A DNA stretch of 64,000 bases, from assembly GCF_046119375.1 (NCBI RefSeq), contig NW_027362768.1:145390001-145454000 (forward strand), given 5' to 3'. The translations under genes were made by a program, and so were the position numbers. Below are positions 48,076 to 59,496 of the stretch, piece by piece. The stretch's first letter is position 1, and the number at the start of each line of letters is the position of its first letter. Source of the stretch: Phyllobates terribilis. Taxonomy: Eukaryota. The notes below the pieces were generated by a model. That model did no database searches. It had not been told where the DNA came from and saw nothing but the letters and a program-made list of their open reading frames with translations.

Positions 48076-48515
48076 TTAAAGGGAACCCGTCACATGAAAA
48101 ACCGTTATTAACCCTCAGATATGGGGTTAATTTGAAGTTAGTAGTGTTCTGAACCTGCCTGTTGCCAGCACTTTGAGCTCCGCTGATGGGAGTAAATGAA
48201 CTGTATTCTGCCCGGCAGCGTTCAACGTTTAGTCACTGCTCTGTGTATAGAGAGCAGCGGCTGTAACCGCGTCCCCAGCACTGATTGACAGCATTAGACC
48301 CGGCTGTCCGTCAGTGCTGGGGAGCAGTTACAGCTGCCGCTTTATATTCACAGAGCAGTGACTGAACGTAGAACGCTGCCGGGCAGAATACAGTTCATTT
48401 ACTCCCGGCAGAGTAGCTCACAGTGCGGGCGTCAGGTAAGTTCAGAACGCTATTAACCTCATATCTGCAGAATAATAGTGTTGCCTTTTTTTTTTAAATG
48501 ACAGGTACCCTTTAA
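48076..48515. mobile_element. TTAA-flanked MITE
   Basis: TTAAAGGGAACCCGTCA ... TGACAGGTACCCTTTAA. Confidence 0.75.
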
Positions 48516-48778
48516 AGGCTTCTATGGGAAAAAAACAGTCAAAAATGAGTTGCGATTTTAAGTTCAGAATTCATTGATTTCTAGACTAGAAAAAATAAAT
48601 ATCCAAGAAGACAATAGCTTCTTCCCATCTGCACCAAAAATGCAGATCAATCAAATGATAATGCCATTTGGAATTTTGGTCTTATGCTGAAACACTGACG
48701 GCTGGAGACTATAGCGAAAGAACTGGCTGGTCTGGCGCATCCCTTGGCCGGCTTCTCCAGCCCCCACTATTTTATTGA

Positions 48779-49125
48779 CGGGTCTCTCCCACGTGCGTGT
48801 ACGCGGCATCTGACTAGTGTCGGGTCTCTCCCACGTGCGTGTACGCGGCATCTGACTAGTGTCGGGTCTCTCCCACGTGCGTGTACGCGGCATCTGACTA
48901 GTGTCGGGTCTCTCCCACGTGCGTGTTCGCGGCATCTGACTAGTGTCGGGTCTCTCCCACGTGCGTGTACGCGGCATCTGACTAGTGTCGGGTCTCTCCC
49001 ACGTGCGTGTACGCGGCATCTGACTAGTGTCGGGTCTCTCCCACGTGCGTGTACGCGGCATCTGACTAGTGTCGGGTCTCTCCCACGTGCGTGTACGCGG
49101 CATCTGACTAGTGTCGGGTCTCTCC
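48779..49125. repeat. 42-bp CpG-rich minisatellite, 8.3 near-identical copies
   Basis: Unit CGGGTCTCTCCCACGTGCGTGTACGCGGCATCTGACTAGTGT; one substitution in the whole array. Confidence 0.95.
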
Positions 49126-49269
49126 TTATGGTCCTCAGACAGTTTTTCAAATTAAGTTCACTCTAAAATGCTTTAGGGTTTCAGTAAAGGACAATCGCAC
49201 AGCCCGGCTCTGGTTCGAGCAGCATGAATCTAATGATGGGTTCTCATTAAAGATGTTGTTCACTACTTT

Positions 49270-49785
49270 TTAAGAGTCCCCCAAGGTATTATCCCAGTGA
49301 TTATAAGACGTTTTGTAAATACCTTGCTGTGTCCTTGCCTGTGAGTGGCGCTATCTTTGGCCACTCACAGGCATCACGTGAACCCCCGCTGACGTCACGT
49401 CAAGTGAGGCGTGACATAAAAGCCACGGTCACCGCGGTGGCGGCTGGGTTGTGGACGGGGTTACCCCGCGCGTCACACCCAACATCTACCGCGCTTTCCC
49501 AGTGAATGAGGAGAGTGAGAGAGCATGGTGGATGCTGGGTGTGACACGCGAGGTAACCCACCCACAACCCATCACTCACTGTGGAACGCAGAAGTGAGTC
49601 ACCCCTGACTGCAGCCAGAACTTGTGACATCAGCGGATGTCAGAGCCGGCTGCAACCGGGGGTCACATGATGCCTGTGAGTGGCCACCGATAGCGCCACT
49701 CGCACGCAGTAACTGCAAAGCAAGATATTTACAAAACGTCTTATAATCAAAGGGTTAATACATTGGGGGGGGGGGGGTCTCTTAA
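49270..49785. mobile_element. Palindromic TTAA-flanked MITE nested in a very short TTAA MITE
   Basis: TTAAGAG.CCCCC ... GGGGGTCTCTTAA; outer short arms at ~49245-49269 and 49786-49807. Confidence 0.65.
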
Positions 49786-50399
49786 AAAGTAGTGGACAAC
49801 TCCTTTAAATACAGCACAAAAAAGCGCAGTGTTTACAAGACATAGGAACATGGCCTCAATAGGGCTGAGCTGCGAGACCTGGTACAGCCGCTACCAAATG
49901 TAACCTATGAAGACCCTTTCAGTCAGCCAATCAGTGCAGGGTATCCTGGTGTCAGACCCACACAAATCTGATCACCTAAGTCACCAAAAAATCCATGATA
50001 AGAGAAAAAATAAAGGACTTTCCCTTCCCAGAAACACAACGCTTCCATCTACAGCCCTGTACAAGAGAATGGAACCAAGCTGCAATACCAGACACAGCCT
50101 ATGGACAAAAGGGGGCACTAATTTTGCACAAGACGGCAATCCTTATATTTTGCTTACAGGATTGTGCGGTCACATGTAAGATGGCCATAGACACGTATAC
50201 GAGGGTCACATGATTTGGGGGTATCAGCAGCTCCTGGGCACCGCTTCTCCGCTGCACAGGTCGCTGCTTCTATTGCACGGTTTATAGCAATGTGAGGCAG
50301 CAGCAAAGATTCCAGAGTTTCTCAGCCCAAAAGTGAAATGACAGGTGTGCAACACCCTCATCCTTCCGGCAGGGGGCTTGCCAGGTCCCGTTCCTGCCC

Positions 50400-50720
50400 C
50401 CCCCTGAAGTTTTAGTGTCCCGCCATACCAGGGTGTATGTTCTCTCACTCCGCGACCCGGCACCGTCTCCTCGTCTCTCCTCTAAACCGTCCCGTTTACC
50501 TTTACCCTAGTTCCCTCCTCCCCTCCTCTCACCTCTGTCCCGCCCCTTCTGTCCTCCCCGGCTTCAAATCATGGTTAGATGTAACGCGGAATTCTGCTCC
50601 CCCGGAAACGTTCTGCAGAATCGAAAGTTCCGGGAATGTCACATGACCATGCAGAAAGTCAGCGCTTCCTCCCTGCTCAGTGGCCGCAGTCACTCACTAC
50701 TGCTGGCAGATTTTCAATTA
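50400..50720 (-). promoter_or_regulatory. cpt2: Candidate cpt2 promoter / non-coding first exon
   Basis: CpG/GC-rich, with CCCGCC boxes, CCGGAA, TTCCGGGAA 50628-50636 and GTCACATGAC 50638-50647. Minus-strand donor candidates include GAG|GTGAGA (exon end 50533). Inferred. Confidence 0.5.
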
Positions 50721-51548
50721 TTCATCCCCTCTCAGAAATAGAAAGCAAATTTTGCAAGATATTTTTTTATTTCTTGTTTTGTTTGTTTGTTTTCTTGCAA
50801 CATTTTGGAACAGATGTTAAATGTAAAAAAAATTAATTTTTGTTATTATTTTTATTAATATTATTATCTATATTTTTTAATGTCTATATTTTGGTTGTAA
50901 TTTTTACCGGTCACTTTACCCGGCTTTTGTTGCCACACTGCTGGAGCTAGAGCTTTTTTTATTTTGCCATCAACATAGATGTGCGGCTTATTTCTTTTGT
51001 TATTATTTTTATAATTTTATTATTATTAATATTATTATATATTATTTGTGGGACGAGTTCTGTTCCATGTCTGCTACTTGCTAGTGTCCCATATGAAATT
51101 TTTTTTTCTTCTTCCAGCTAAATCATAACTCGATTTGGGACCCAACAAAGATCGCTGTATGCCTCTGCTACATTGCAGCGTAAAAAAAGTGCATGGAGTC
51201 ACATTGTAAACTGTACTTGACAAGCAGCTTGCAAAAAATGTCAGAACCAGGAGGGAATTTTTTGCAACTTGCCTATAGCAATAACAGAACTTTGCAGGTT
51301 GCAATGCAAAACTATTCACCTGCATTACGCTGAGATCCAGCTGGTTGGGTCGCCAACTTGATTTTTTTCTTCTGGACATCTTACCAAAAAATCACAGATA
51401 TAATATTTTTGGAAAATCCATAATAAATCATTATGATTATAAGTGATCCATGTCTGCAGCCCATAATTCTGATACGAAGACATCAGCTGCATTCACTGTA
51501 AAATGATGATAATTACAGACAAAATAATCTGTACACGTTTTTTCAGCT

Positions 51549-53560
51549 TCAGTTTTTCTCATCAGTGTTTAGTCCGTGTGTCAGTTTTTCCCATCAGTTT
51601 TTAGTCCGTGTGTCAGTTTATCCCATCAGTTTTTAGTCCATGTATCAGTTTATCCCATCAGTGTTTAGTCCGTGTGTCAGTTTATCCCATCAGTTTTTAG
51701 TCCATGTATCAGTTTATCCCATCAGTTTTTAGTCCATGTATCAGTTTATCCCATCAGTGTTTAGTCCGTGTGTCAGTTTTTCCCATCAGTTTTTAGTCCG
51801 TGTGTCAGTTTATCCCATCAGTGTTTAGTCCATGTATCAGTTTATCCCATCAGTGTTTAGTCCGTGTGTCAGTTTAGCCCATCAGTTTTTAGTCCATGTA
51901 TCAGTTTATCCCATCAGTTTTTAGTCCATGTATCAGTTTATCCCATCAGTGTTTAGTCCGTGTGTCAGTTTTTCCCATCAGTTTTTAGTCCGTGTGTCAG
52001 TTTATCCCATCAGTGTTTAGTCCGTGTGTTAGTTTTTCTCATCACTGTTTAGTCCGTGTGTTAGTTTTTCTCATCAGTGTTTAGTCCGTGTGTCAGTTTA
52101 TCCCATCAGTTTTTAGTCCATGTATCAGTTTATCCCATCAGTGTTTAGTCCGTGTGTCAGTTTATCCCATCAGTTTTTAGTCCATGTATCAGTTTATCCC
52201 ATCAGTTTTTAGTCCATGTATCAGTTTATCCCATCAGTGTTTAGTCCGTGTGTCAGTTTTTCCCATCAGTTTTTAGTCTGTGTGTTAGTTTCTCCCATCA
52301 GTGTTTAGTCCGTGTGTTAGTTTTTCTCATCAGTGTTTAGTCCGTGTGTCAGTTTATCCCATCAGTTTTTAGTCCATGTATCAGTTTATCCCATCAGTGT
52401 TTAGTCCGTGTGTCAGTTTATCCCATCAGTTTTTAGTCCATGTATCAGTTTATCCCATCAGTTTTTAGTCCATGTATCAGTTTATCCCATCAGTGTTTAG
52501 TCCGTGTGTCAGTTTTTCCCATCAGTTTTTAGTCCGTGTGTCAGTTTATCCCATCAGTGTTTAGTCCGTGTGTCAGTTTTTCCCATCAGTTTTTAGTCTG
52601 TGTGTCAGTTTTTCCCATCAGTGTTTAGTCCGTGTGTCAGTTTTTCCCATCAGTGTTTAGTCCGTGTGTCAGTTTTTCCCAGCAGTGTTTAGTCCACGTG
52701 TAATTTTTTTCCATCAGTATTTAGTCCGTGTGTCAGTTTTTCCCATCAGTTTTTAGTCCGTGTGTCAGTTTTTCCCATCAGTTTTTAGTCCGTGTGTCAG
52801 TTTATCCCATCAGTTTTTAGTCCGTGTGTCAGTTTTTCCCATCAGTTTTTAGTCCGTGTGTCAGTTTTTCCCATCAGTGTTTAGTCCGTGTGTCAGTTTT
52901 TCCCATCCGTTTTTAGTCCGTGTGTCAGTTTTTCCCATCAGTTTTTAGTCTGTGTCAGTTTTTCCCATCAGTGTTTAGTCCGTGTGTCTGTTTTTACCAT
53001 CTATTTTTACTCCGTGTCAGTTTTTCTCATCAGTGTTTAGTCCGTGTGTCAGTTTTTCTCATCAGTGTTTAGTCCGTGTGTCAGTTTTTCTCATCAGTGT
53101 TTAGTCCGTGTGTCAGTTTTTCTCATCAGTGTTTAGTCCGTGTGTCAGTTTTTCCCATCAGTTTTTAGTCCGTGTGTCAGTTTTTCCCATCAGTATTTAG
53201 TCCGTGTGTCAGTTTTTCCCATCAGTTTTTAGTCCGTGTGTCAGTTTTTCCCATCAGTTTTTAGTCCGTGTGTCTGTTTATCCCATCAGTTTTTAGTCCG
53301 TGTGTCAGTTTTTCCCATCAGTTTTTAGTCCGTGTGTCAGTTTATCCCATCAGTTTTTAGTCCGTGTGTCAGTTTTTCCCATCAGTGTTTAGTCCGTGTG
53401 TCAGTTTTTCCCATCAGTGCTTAGTCCGAGTGTTAGTTTTTCTCATCAGTGTTTAGTCCACGTGTAATTTTTTTCCATCAGTATTTAGTCCGTGTGTCAG
53501 TTTATCCCATCAGTGTTTAATCCGTGTGTCTGTTTATCCCATCAGTGTTTAGTCCATGAT
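51549..53560. repeat. 32-bp minisatellite, ~62 copies, with higher-order blocks
   Basis: Unit TCAGTTT(A/T)TCCCATCAGT(G/T)TTTAGTCC(G/A)TGT(G/A); merges into MITE-like sequence ending ~53826. Confidence 0.95.
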
Positions 53561-54452
53561 TTTCATATGGATGAATACATTACAAAGCTTCTCCTATCCA
53601 TTGTTAATCACGGACAGCAAACAGATGCCATCCATGTGTTGTCCGTGATTTTCATGGACCCATAGACTTGTATTGGTAGTTTTCATTAATGATAGCGGTA
53701 AACAAAAATACACGTTTCCGTGAATACATGTTCAAAACACGGACACACATAATGGGCACGTGTTCTATCCATGAAAATCATACATTCAACAGATGCGTGA
53801 AACAAGGAAGTCTGAATGAGGCCTTAGAGGAAGTCATTAGATCAGCAACTGACAACGTCACCAGCAGGAGACTCCAAGGAATAGCGGGGGGGTCCAGGCG
53901 ATGATAATGCACTTTTTTATTTTAGGACCACCAGAGGCTATTTTTACGCTAAATAAATGTAGTGTTCAACCCCTTGAGGGTCATATAGTCTAAGGATTAC
54001 TTTTATTAAATTTTTTTGGGGAGAGTAGGGGTGTGTACGGATAAAAAACCAAATAAATCACAGATTCTTAGGTGGGGTATTGTCCTGCACCTTATATTAC
54101 ATATAGTTTGTTAACTAAATTTATTTCGTTCAAAATATAATTTGGTCGGTGCAAAGGAAAAAAGACGAGTGTAGGGAGGAGAAATGTTTGTTTTACACCT
54201 CTGGGCATGGCACTCTTGTATAGGCGCTGTGTGGCACTGTAAATATGCCATCTTTACGTACATCTATTTATTGATTTCATCACTTATTTATCTTGGCACA
54301 TTTTGGTCGAATTTATCTGGGCGCTGCATGTAACTAAATAATTAAACTCCTTTTGCGAAAAATATTTGAACACAGTATTTTGCCATTTATATTTGCAATG
54401 TCTCTTGCTGTTTTTGTGTTTTCCGCTGTTTACCTGGAGGCGGTACTATTAT

Positions 54453-55019
54453 TGGCACGGGTGTGTCAGAGGTGACAGACAGTCACCCTGCAGTGGGTTG
54501 CAGGGGATCTCTATGTTTGGCATTGCAGACAGTTTCTTAGATAAGAGGCTGTCTTTAGGACCGAGCGGCTACCCCTCTCTTGCTAATTAGCTCTCTGGCC
54601 TGGGTGTATATATACCTGGTGTGTCTAAGAGGGAGTCGCCGGTTATACTCATTTCTACTTGTGAAGCTTAGCAGGAGCAGTACTTTGTCCTCTCTGGAGC
54701 TTGAGGCCGTGTGCTTATTTGGAGTTCATCTAAAGCTAAGCTATTTCCCCCTGTTTTGTCTACCCTTGTTGTCTACAGAGTTTAGTGGAGGTTGACTAGT
54801 GCTCATCTCCTTCCATCCCGAGGTGTAGCCATATGCCAGGGAGAGTAGGGCAAGGCACGCGTGCGGCGATTGCTGAAGAGGCTATATAGGGCCGGTAGTT
54901 GAGACAGTGTGACGCTAGACTAGACTAGGAGATCTCCACTTCCCCCTTTCCCTAGTGTCTGGACTCCCTTTCACTTTTCCCTCTGTGTTGCACTAAGTCT
55001 TCCCACACCTGGCGTGACA
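54453..55019. mobile_element. Solo LTR (567 bp) with 5-bp TSD
   Basis: TGGCACG...CGTGACA termini; TSD ATTAT at 54448-54452 and 55020-55024. Confidence 0.85.
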
Positions 55020-55826
55020 ATTATTTTTTGTTCATGTCTATACAAACAAGTAACTTAGAGGAGCATACCCAAAGGGCCACATGAAAATGTGCTGCAGTAT
55101 CAGAATCTACAGCTAGAAATGAGATTCTTATATGTATCGTTCGTTTCTGAAACCTCTATTAGATAGGGGATAATGTCCTGTTTGCTGGAGGTCCAACCGC
55201 TAGGACCCCCCTCAATCCTAAGAACATGGCTCTGCACAGCCCCACTCCATTAATGCTCCATGGGACAGCTGGCGATAGCTGAGCGCTGTCCCGTGGAGAA
55301 TTAATGAATCAGAGATGTGCATGCTCTGCAGAGCCCTTTTTTGAGGATGGATGAGGGTCCCAGCGGTCAGACCCCTAACGACTTTATCCTATAGTACAAC
55401 TTCATATAACTCCTTTAAGGCTATTTTTGCATCTGCGCTGTGGCTTTAGTTTGTATACTGTATGTGTGCTGCATACATCACACGACTGACACTATTGACT
55501 TACATAATATATTTTTTGTTGCATTTTTAATCTGTGCACAAAATTTCCAAATGTATGGGAACATTTCTGTTTATATCCAAAGGCAGTTTTGTCTTGGATT
55601 TTTATGCAGATTTGTCAGGGACTTCACGCTATGCATTTCAAAGCTGAAAAATTGAAGCATAAATTGACATTCTGAAGATTTCCACTTTGGATTTTTTCCT
55701 GCCTGTCTAGATGAAACTTGGTAAAATTTCATATCCACTTTGCTGCTGCAGTAATGCAGCTGTGGATTTTCTGCTTGTAAATCCTAATGGAAAATCTGTA
55801 GCATATCCATCCAATGTGAACATATC

Positions 55827-57033
55827 TGTCATGGGAGTACCGCGACAGAAAGGGGCCAGAAGACCGCAGTGTCTGGATTCACGAACTCCTGCATTGGTTA
55901 GAAGCACTTCACCATGTATTAAACAGTGCAGGTTTTTTCCTTGCTAGGAGTGCAAGGGTTAATCTGTTCAGTTGGTCTCTTGGAGCTTTCCTACCTGAAT
56001 TATCTCAGCTGTTTAGTGTTGGCCACTCTCCTCTGCTATATATGCTCGCCTCTAGCATTTAGGGATTACCAGTGTTAGTTCTTACTGTCTGGTTCTGGAG
56101 TTGGAGGTGTAGTTCGTGGTTGGAGTTGGCGTTTGGAGATTGTTCAGGAGATTGTTGCTTGGAGTTTTGTTTGTGTGCACATCCTCATCCTCTCTTTTTT
56201 GGTTTCTCCTTCCTTAAACTCCCCAGTGTCCCACTGTGTTGTTTGATGTGTGAATTTTGTATGGTTAGTATTTTCATTTATCCCTGTCCATCTTCCCTTG
56301 CTTGTCTGGTTAGTGTGTTCCTATACACTTCAGCATCCCACCTCCCTGGGTGGGGAAGGGGACAGATTATGGTTGGTATAGGTTAAAGATTCACCGCACA
56401 CTCTGGGCTTGAGTGATGAACAGTTTATTGATTCTCCGTGACAAGCAGAATTCAAACGTGAAAGAGCATTTTTATGCTTGAAGGTGACCAGATATAGATA
56501 ACGTTTCAACCCTAGTGGATCTTTTTCAAAGCGTCATTTGAATGTAGAATAGTAAATGGAATTCAATGGAACCAAGTCCAAGGATAAGAGGTTTTGGCAA
56601 AAGGCTGGTCAAAATGCACAACAGGGAAACAGAGGGTTGCTTATTATCACGGCGTCAGGGAGCTTCACTAGGACCCACTAGGGTCGAAACGTTATCTATA
56701 TCTGGTCACATTCAAGCATAAAAATGTTCTTGCACGTTTGAATTCTGCTTATCATGGAGAATCAATAAACTGTTCATCACCCAAGCCCAGAGTGTGCAGT
56801 GAATCTTTAATCTATTGATCTGTGGGTACCATACCTCGTTCCACCAGCACCTCGCCCATCAATTGTGTGCACGCCAATCCTTTTACATACCATATGGTTG
56901 ATATAGGAGCATAGCAAGGCACGTGAATCCAGCTTCTCCACCTTCAGGAGTAATCCAGGGGACAGGGATAGACTAGGTCACCCCTTGTTCAAGGGACTTG
57001 GTTAGCGCCCATAGTCCCAACACCATCGTGACA
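55827..57033. mobile_element. Solo LTR with 5-bp TSD, carrying a nested insertion
   Basis: TGTCATG...CGTGACA termini; TSD ATATC at 55822-55826 and 57034-57038. Confidence 0.85.
56382..56892 (+). mobile_element. Penelope-like inverted-repeat insertion with 14-bp TSD
   Basis: TSD TATGGTTG(G/A)TATAG at 56368-56381 and 56893-56906. Inverted arms ~56382-56521 and ~56670-56812, then an unpaired tail. Confidence 0.65.
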
Positions 57034-57077
57034 ATATCCTTAGAGGGCTACTATAGTTTTGCAGTAAGCAAATTCCC

Positions 57078-57262
57078 TCAGTAGTTAGCACTGCAGCCTT
57101 GCAGCGCTGGGGTCCTGGGTTTAAATTCCACCAAGAACAACATCTGCAGCGAGTTTGTATGTTTTCTCCTGGTTCTCCGGTTTCCTCCCACACTCCAAAG
57201 ACATCCTGATAGGGAATCTAGATTGTGAGCCCCAATGGGGACAGTGATGATGTTGTCTGTAA
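57078..57262 (+). mobile_element. V-type SINE, truncated second copy
   Basis: Similar to 26575-26790 (GCAGCGCTGGG...CTCCGGTTTCCTCCCAC.CTCCAAAGAC...GATTGTGAGCCCC). Confidence 0.85.
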
Positions 57263-57829
57263 ATATATGTAATATATTATATAGAATATGATTGCGTTAA
57301 ATAATATATGAATAAGCATAATAATAATAATAATGCTGGCAATGGCATATGTACTGTCACGGCATTTAGGCATATTCTCATCTGCAAAGCTTGATATCTT
57401 GTCTGCAGAGCTTGCATCGTTGCAATGCAAAGAGTGAAATCTGCAGTATATCTGCATTGGAAAATGCAATGCAGAGACTGCAGCAAATACATCACTCCAT
57501 CAGCATTGCTAAATGTAGACCTTGAAAATAGTGCTGAACTGATACATGTATGTTACGAAGTTGCATCATTTTTAATTATAAAGTGACAACTCCTATATTT
57601 TTTACTAAAATATTATTCATAATCCTTTTTATTTCACATTAACCATTGCATGTCTATAATAAAAAAAAAAACTGCTTCAGGGCTTGACATTACTATTATT
57701 ATTATTATTCTTTTACAAGCAATCTATTTCCTACACTGCGGACTGATAATATTGCCGCAGTCACGGAGAGCTCTCCCTCATATGAATGTCTTGTTGTTGT
57801 GCAGCCATATTCTTTTCAAATTATCCCAA

Positions 57830-57945
57830 GCTCCCTAATCTCCTCCCAGGCTCCTAATGATGAAGTCAGTAATAGGATTGGGGTATTAATTTGGGACAGT
57901 AATGCCAGCTGCATGGCTTATGGGTGAGGGGTGACCTTGTGGGCT
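57830..57945 (+). promoter_or_regulatory. slc1a7: slc1a7 candidate proximal promoter, homeodomain-site cluster
   Basis: TAATCT 57836-57841, several further TAAT cores, CAGCTG and TGACCTTG 57932-57939. Motif matches only. Confidence 0.35.
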
Positions 57946-58059
57946 GGCCAGCCTGTGCTGGCTTTGATCTGATCTCTAGGGAACGTGAGTTGGCTTTTCC
58001 CGGAGTGGCGTAGTCCCTCTGTGGGACGCCGATCATCCCCTGGGCATTTTTGGGACACA

Positions 58060-58200
58060 ATGGCAGGGGCACTGGATGCAGTATTGGCTAGAGCCAAGGA
58101 TGTGTGCAAGAGGAATGGCCTGCTTATTCTTTCGGTGCTTTCTGTAATTGTGGGATGCCTCTTGGGATTTTTCCTTAGGACGAGACGTCTCTCTGAGCAG
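58060..58200 (+). CDS. slc1a7: Excitatory amino acid transporter 5, coding exon 1
   Basis: MAGALDAVLARAKDVCKRNGLLILSVLSVIVGCLLGFFLRTRRLSEQ|GTTAG. The DVCxRNGLLILSVLSVIVGCLLGFFLR segment is characteristic of EAAT5. Confidence 0.93.
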
Positions 58201-59416
58201 GTTAGTATTATGCAACGTGAGGAATGGATTGTGTATTTGGAAGGGATTACAAATTTGCAAATACTCTACTAGCAGAATACTGACGTGCACTAGATTAAAA
58301 TGGATGTGCGGACAGTTGCGTGTACATATAGTTACTTGAAAGGGGACATTGCCACCAGAAAGAACTGTGCGGTCTACATATAGGACAACTTCTAATCCAA
58401 TTTTTAAAATATGTATTCCTCTTTATTTAATAATTTTGAATCTCCATGTAATGTATCTGTATCTATATTTTTCATATTCCTCTCCCCAAAATTGTGAACA
58501 TCCCAATTATTGTGATCAAAAATGTCTGGGTCTTAATTATTTAGGGTGGAGCTTGAAAAGATGATGACAGAACGGGGAAATGTCATTTCCAAATTTAGAG
58601 ATTTAGGAAATGTGACTTTTTTTATGACACGCATGTCGTCTTTTACTGTGATCCATTGCAGATTTAAATTTAAAAATGTTTTTTATCTTTTACAATTTTA
58701 TGTCATTGAAACAATTTGTAATCAGATCTTCTCCCAAATTTTGCAAGAATTACAACTTTGCATTTTGTTTTTTTTACTCAAAGTTTTTCATCTTATCATA
58801 TAATGGTCATACATGGTAAAGCCATACACAGTGAGATATCAAATATATATATAATGAGGGATATACTATTGCCACACTGCCAAAAATGCTGCCAACACAG
58901 CTGTCCACAGCACACATCAGCTCAAGGAGATTGCCCCACATATTGCATTACTGAGCGCTTATGACCTTCTGCAGATCTTGATATTTATCAAGATATAGTG
59001 CGGTTCTCAGAGTAATCATTACATTGGGCCAAAATATTGTACCGTGCATGCAGAGCTCCATACAATACAACAGATTTTGGGACACGCTGACAGTGTCTCA
59101 TAGCGTAGATATAGTTGGGTAAAGTTGGACACAATGGTGTATGCATTAAAAATAAATAAATCTGGGTCTTAAAAATGTGAAAACTAGTTACCGGTTTAAT
59201 CACTTATTGTATGTTCGTTAGGTCGGCAGAAGAAGGTCATCCACGGCCATCATTAGAGCGTGAGATGTCCGACCCCTCTGTGCACCAACAACAAGATCTC
59301 ATAAATCACTTAACTATATTAGGGCCGTCACGTGAAAATAAATGTGTGAACGATTTCTCCTCTAGGGTTGTTCTAACCTGACCCTGATGGACCTCTCTTT
59401 GTCTTATGTTGTACAG

Positions 59417-59496
59417 GAGATTAGTTACTTTCAGTTTCCTGGAGAACTTCTTATGCGGATGCTGAAGATGCTCATCCTACCCCTTGTGGTATCGAG
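59417..59496 (+). CDS. slc1a7: slc1a7 coding exon 2 ([26 protein letters not shown]); gene continues beyond window
   Basis: CAG|...AG|GTAAAA; conserved [12 protein letters not shown] motif. Confidence 0.95.

Noticed and set aside
48651-49166. CRISPR-like array or repeat-protein ORFs
   Set aside because: Head-to-tail identical 42-bp units with no unique spacers, in eukaryotic DNA with no cas genes.
57985-58059. N-terminal extension of slc1a7 from an upstream GTG
   Set aside because: The ORF track uses alternative starts. The ATG at 58060 has good context and matches the expected EAAT5 N-terminal length.
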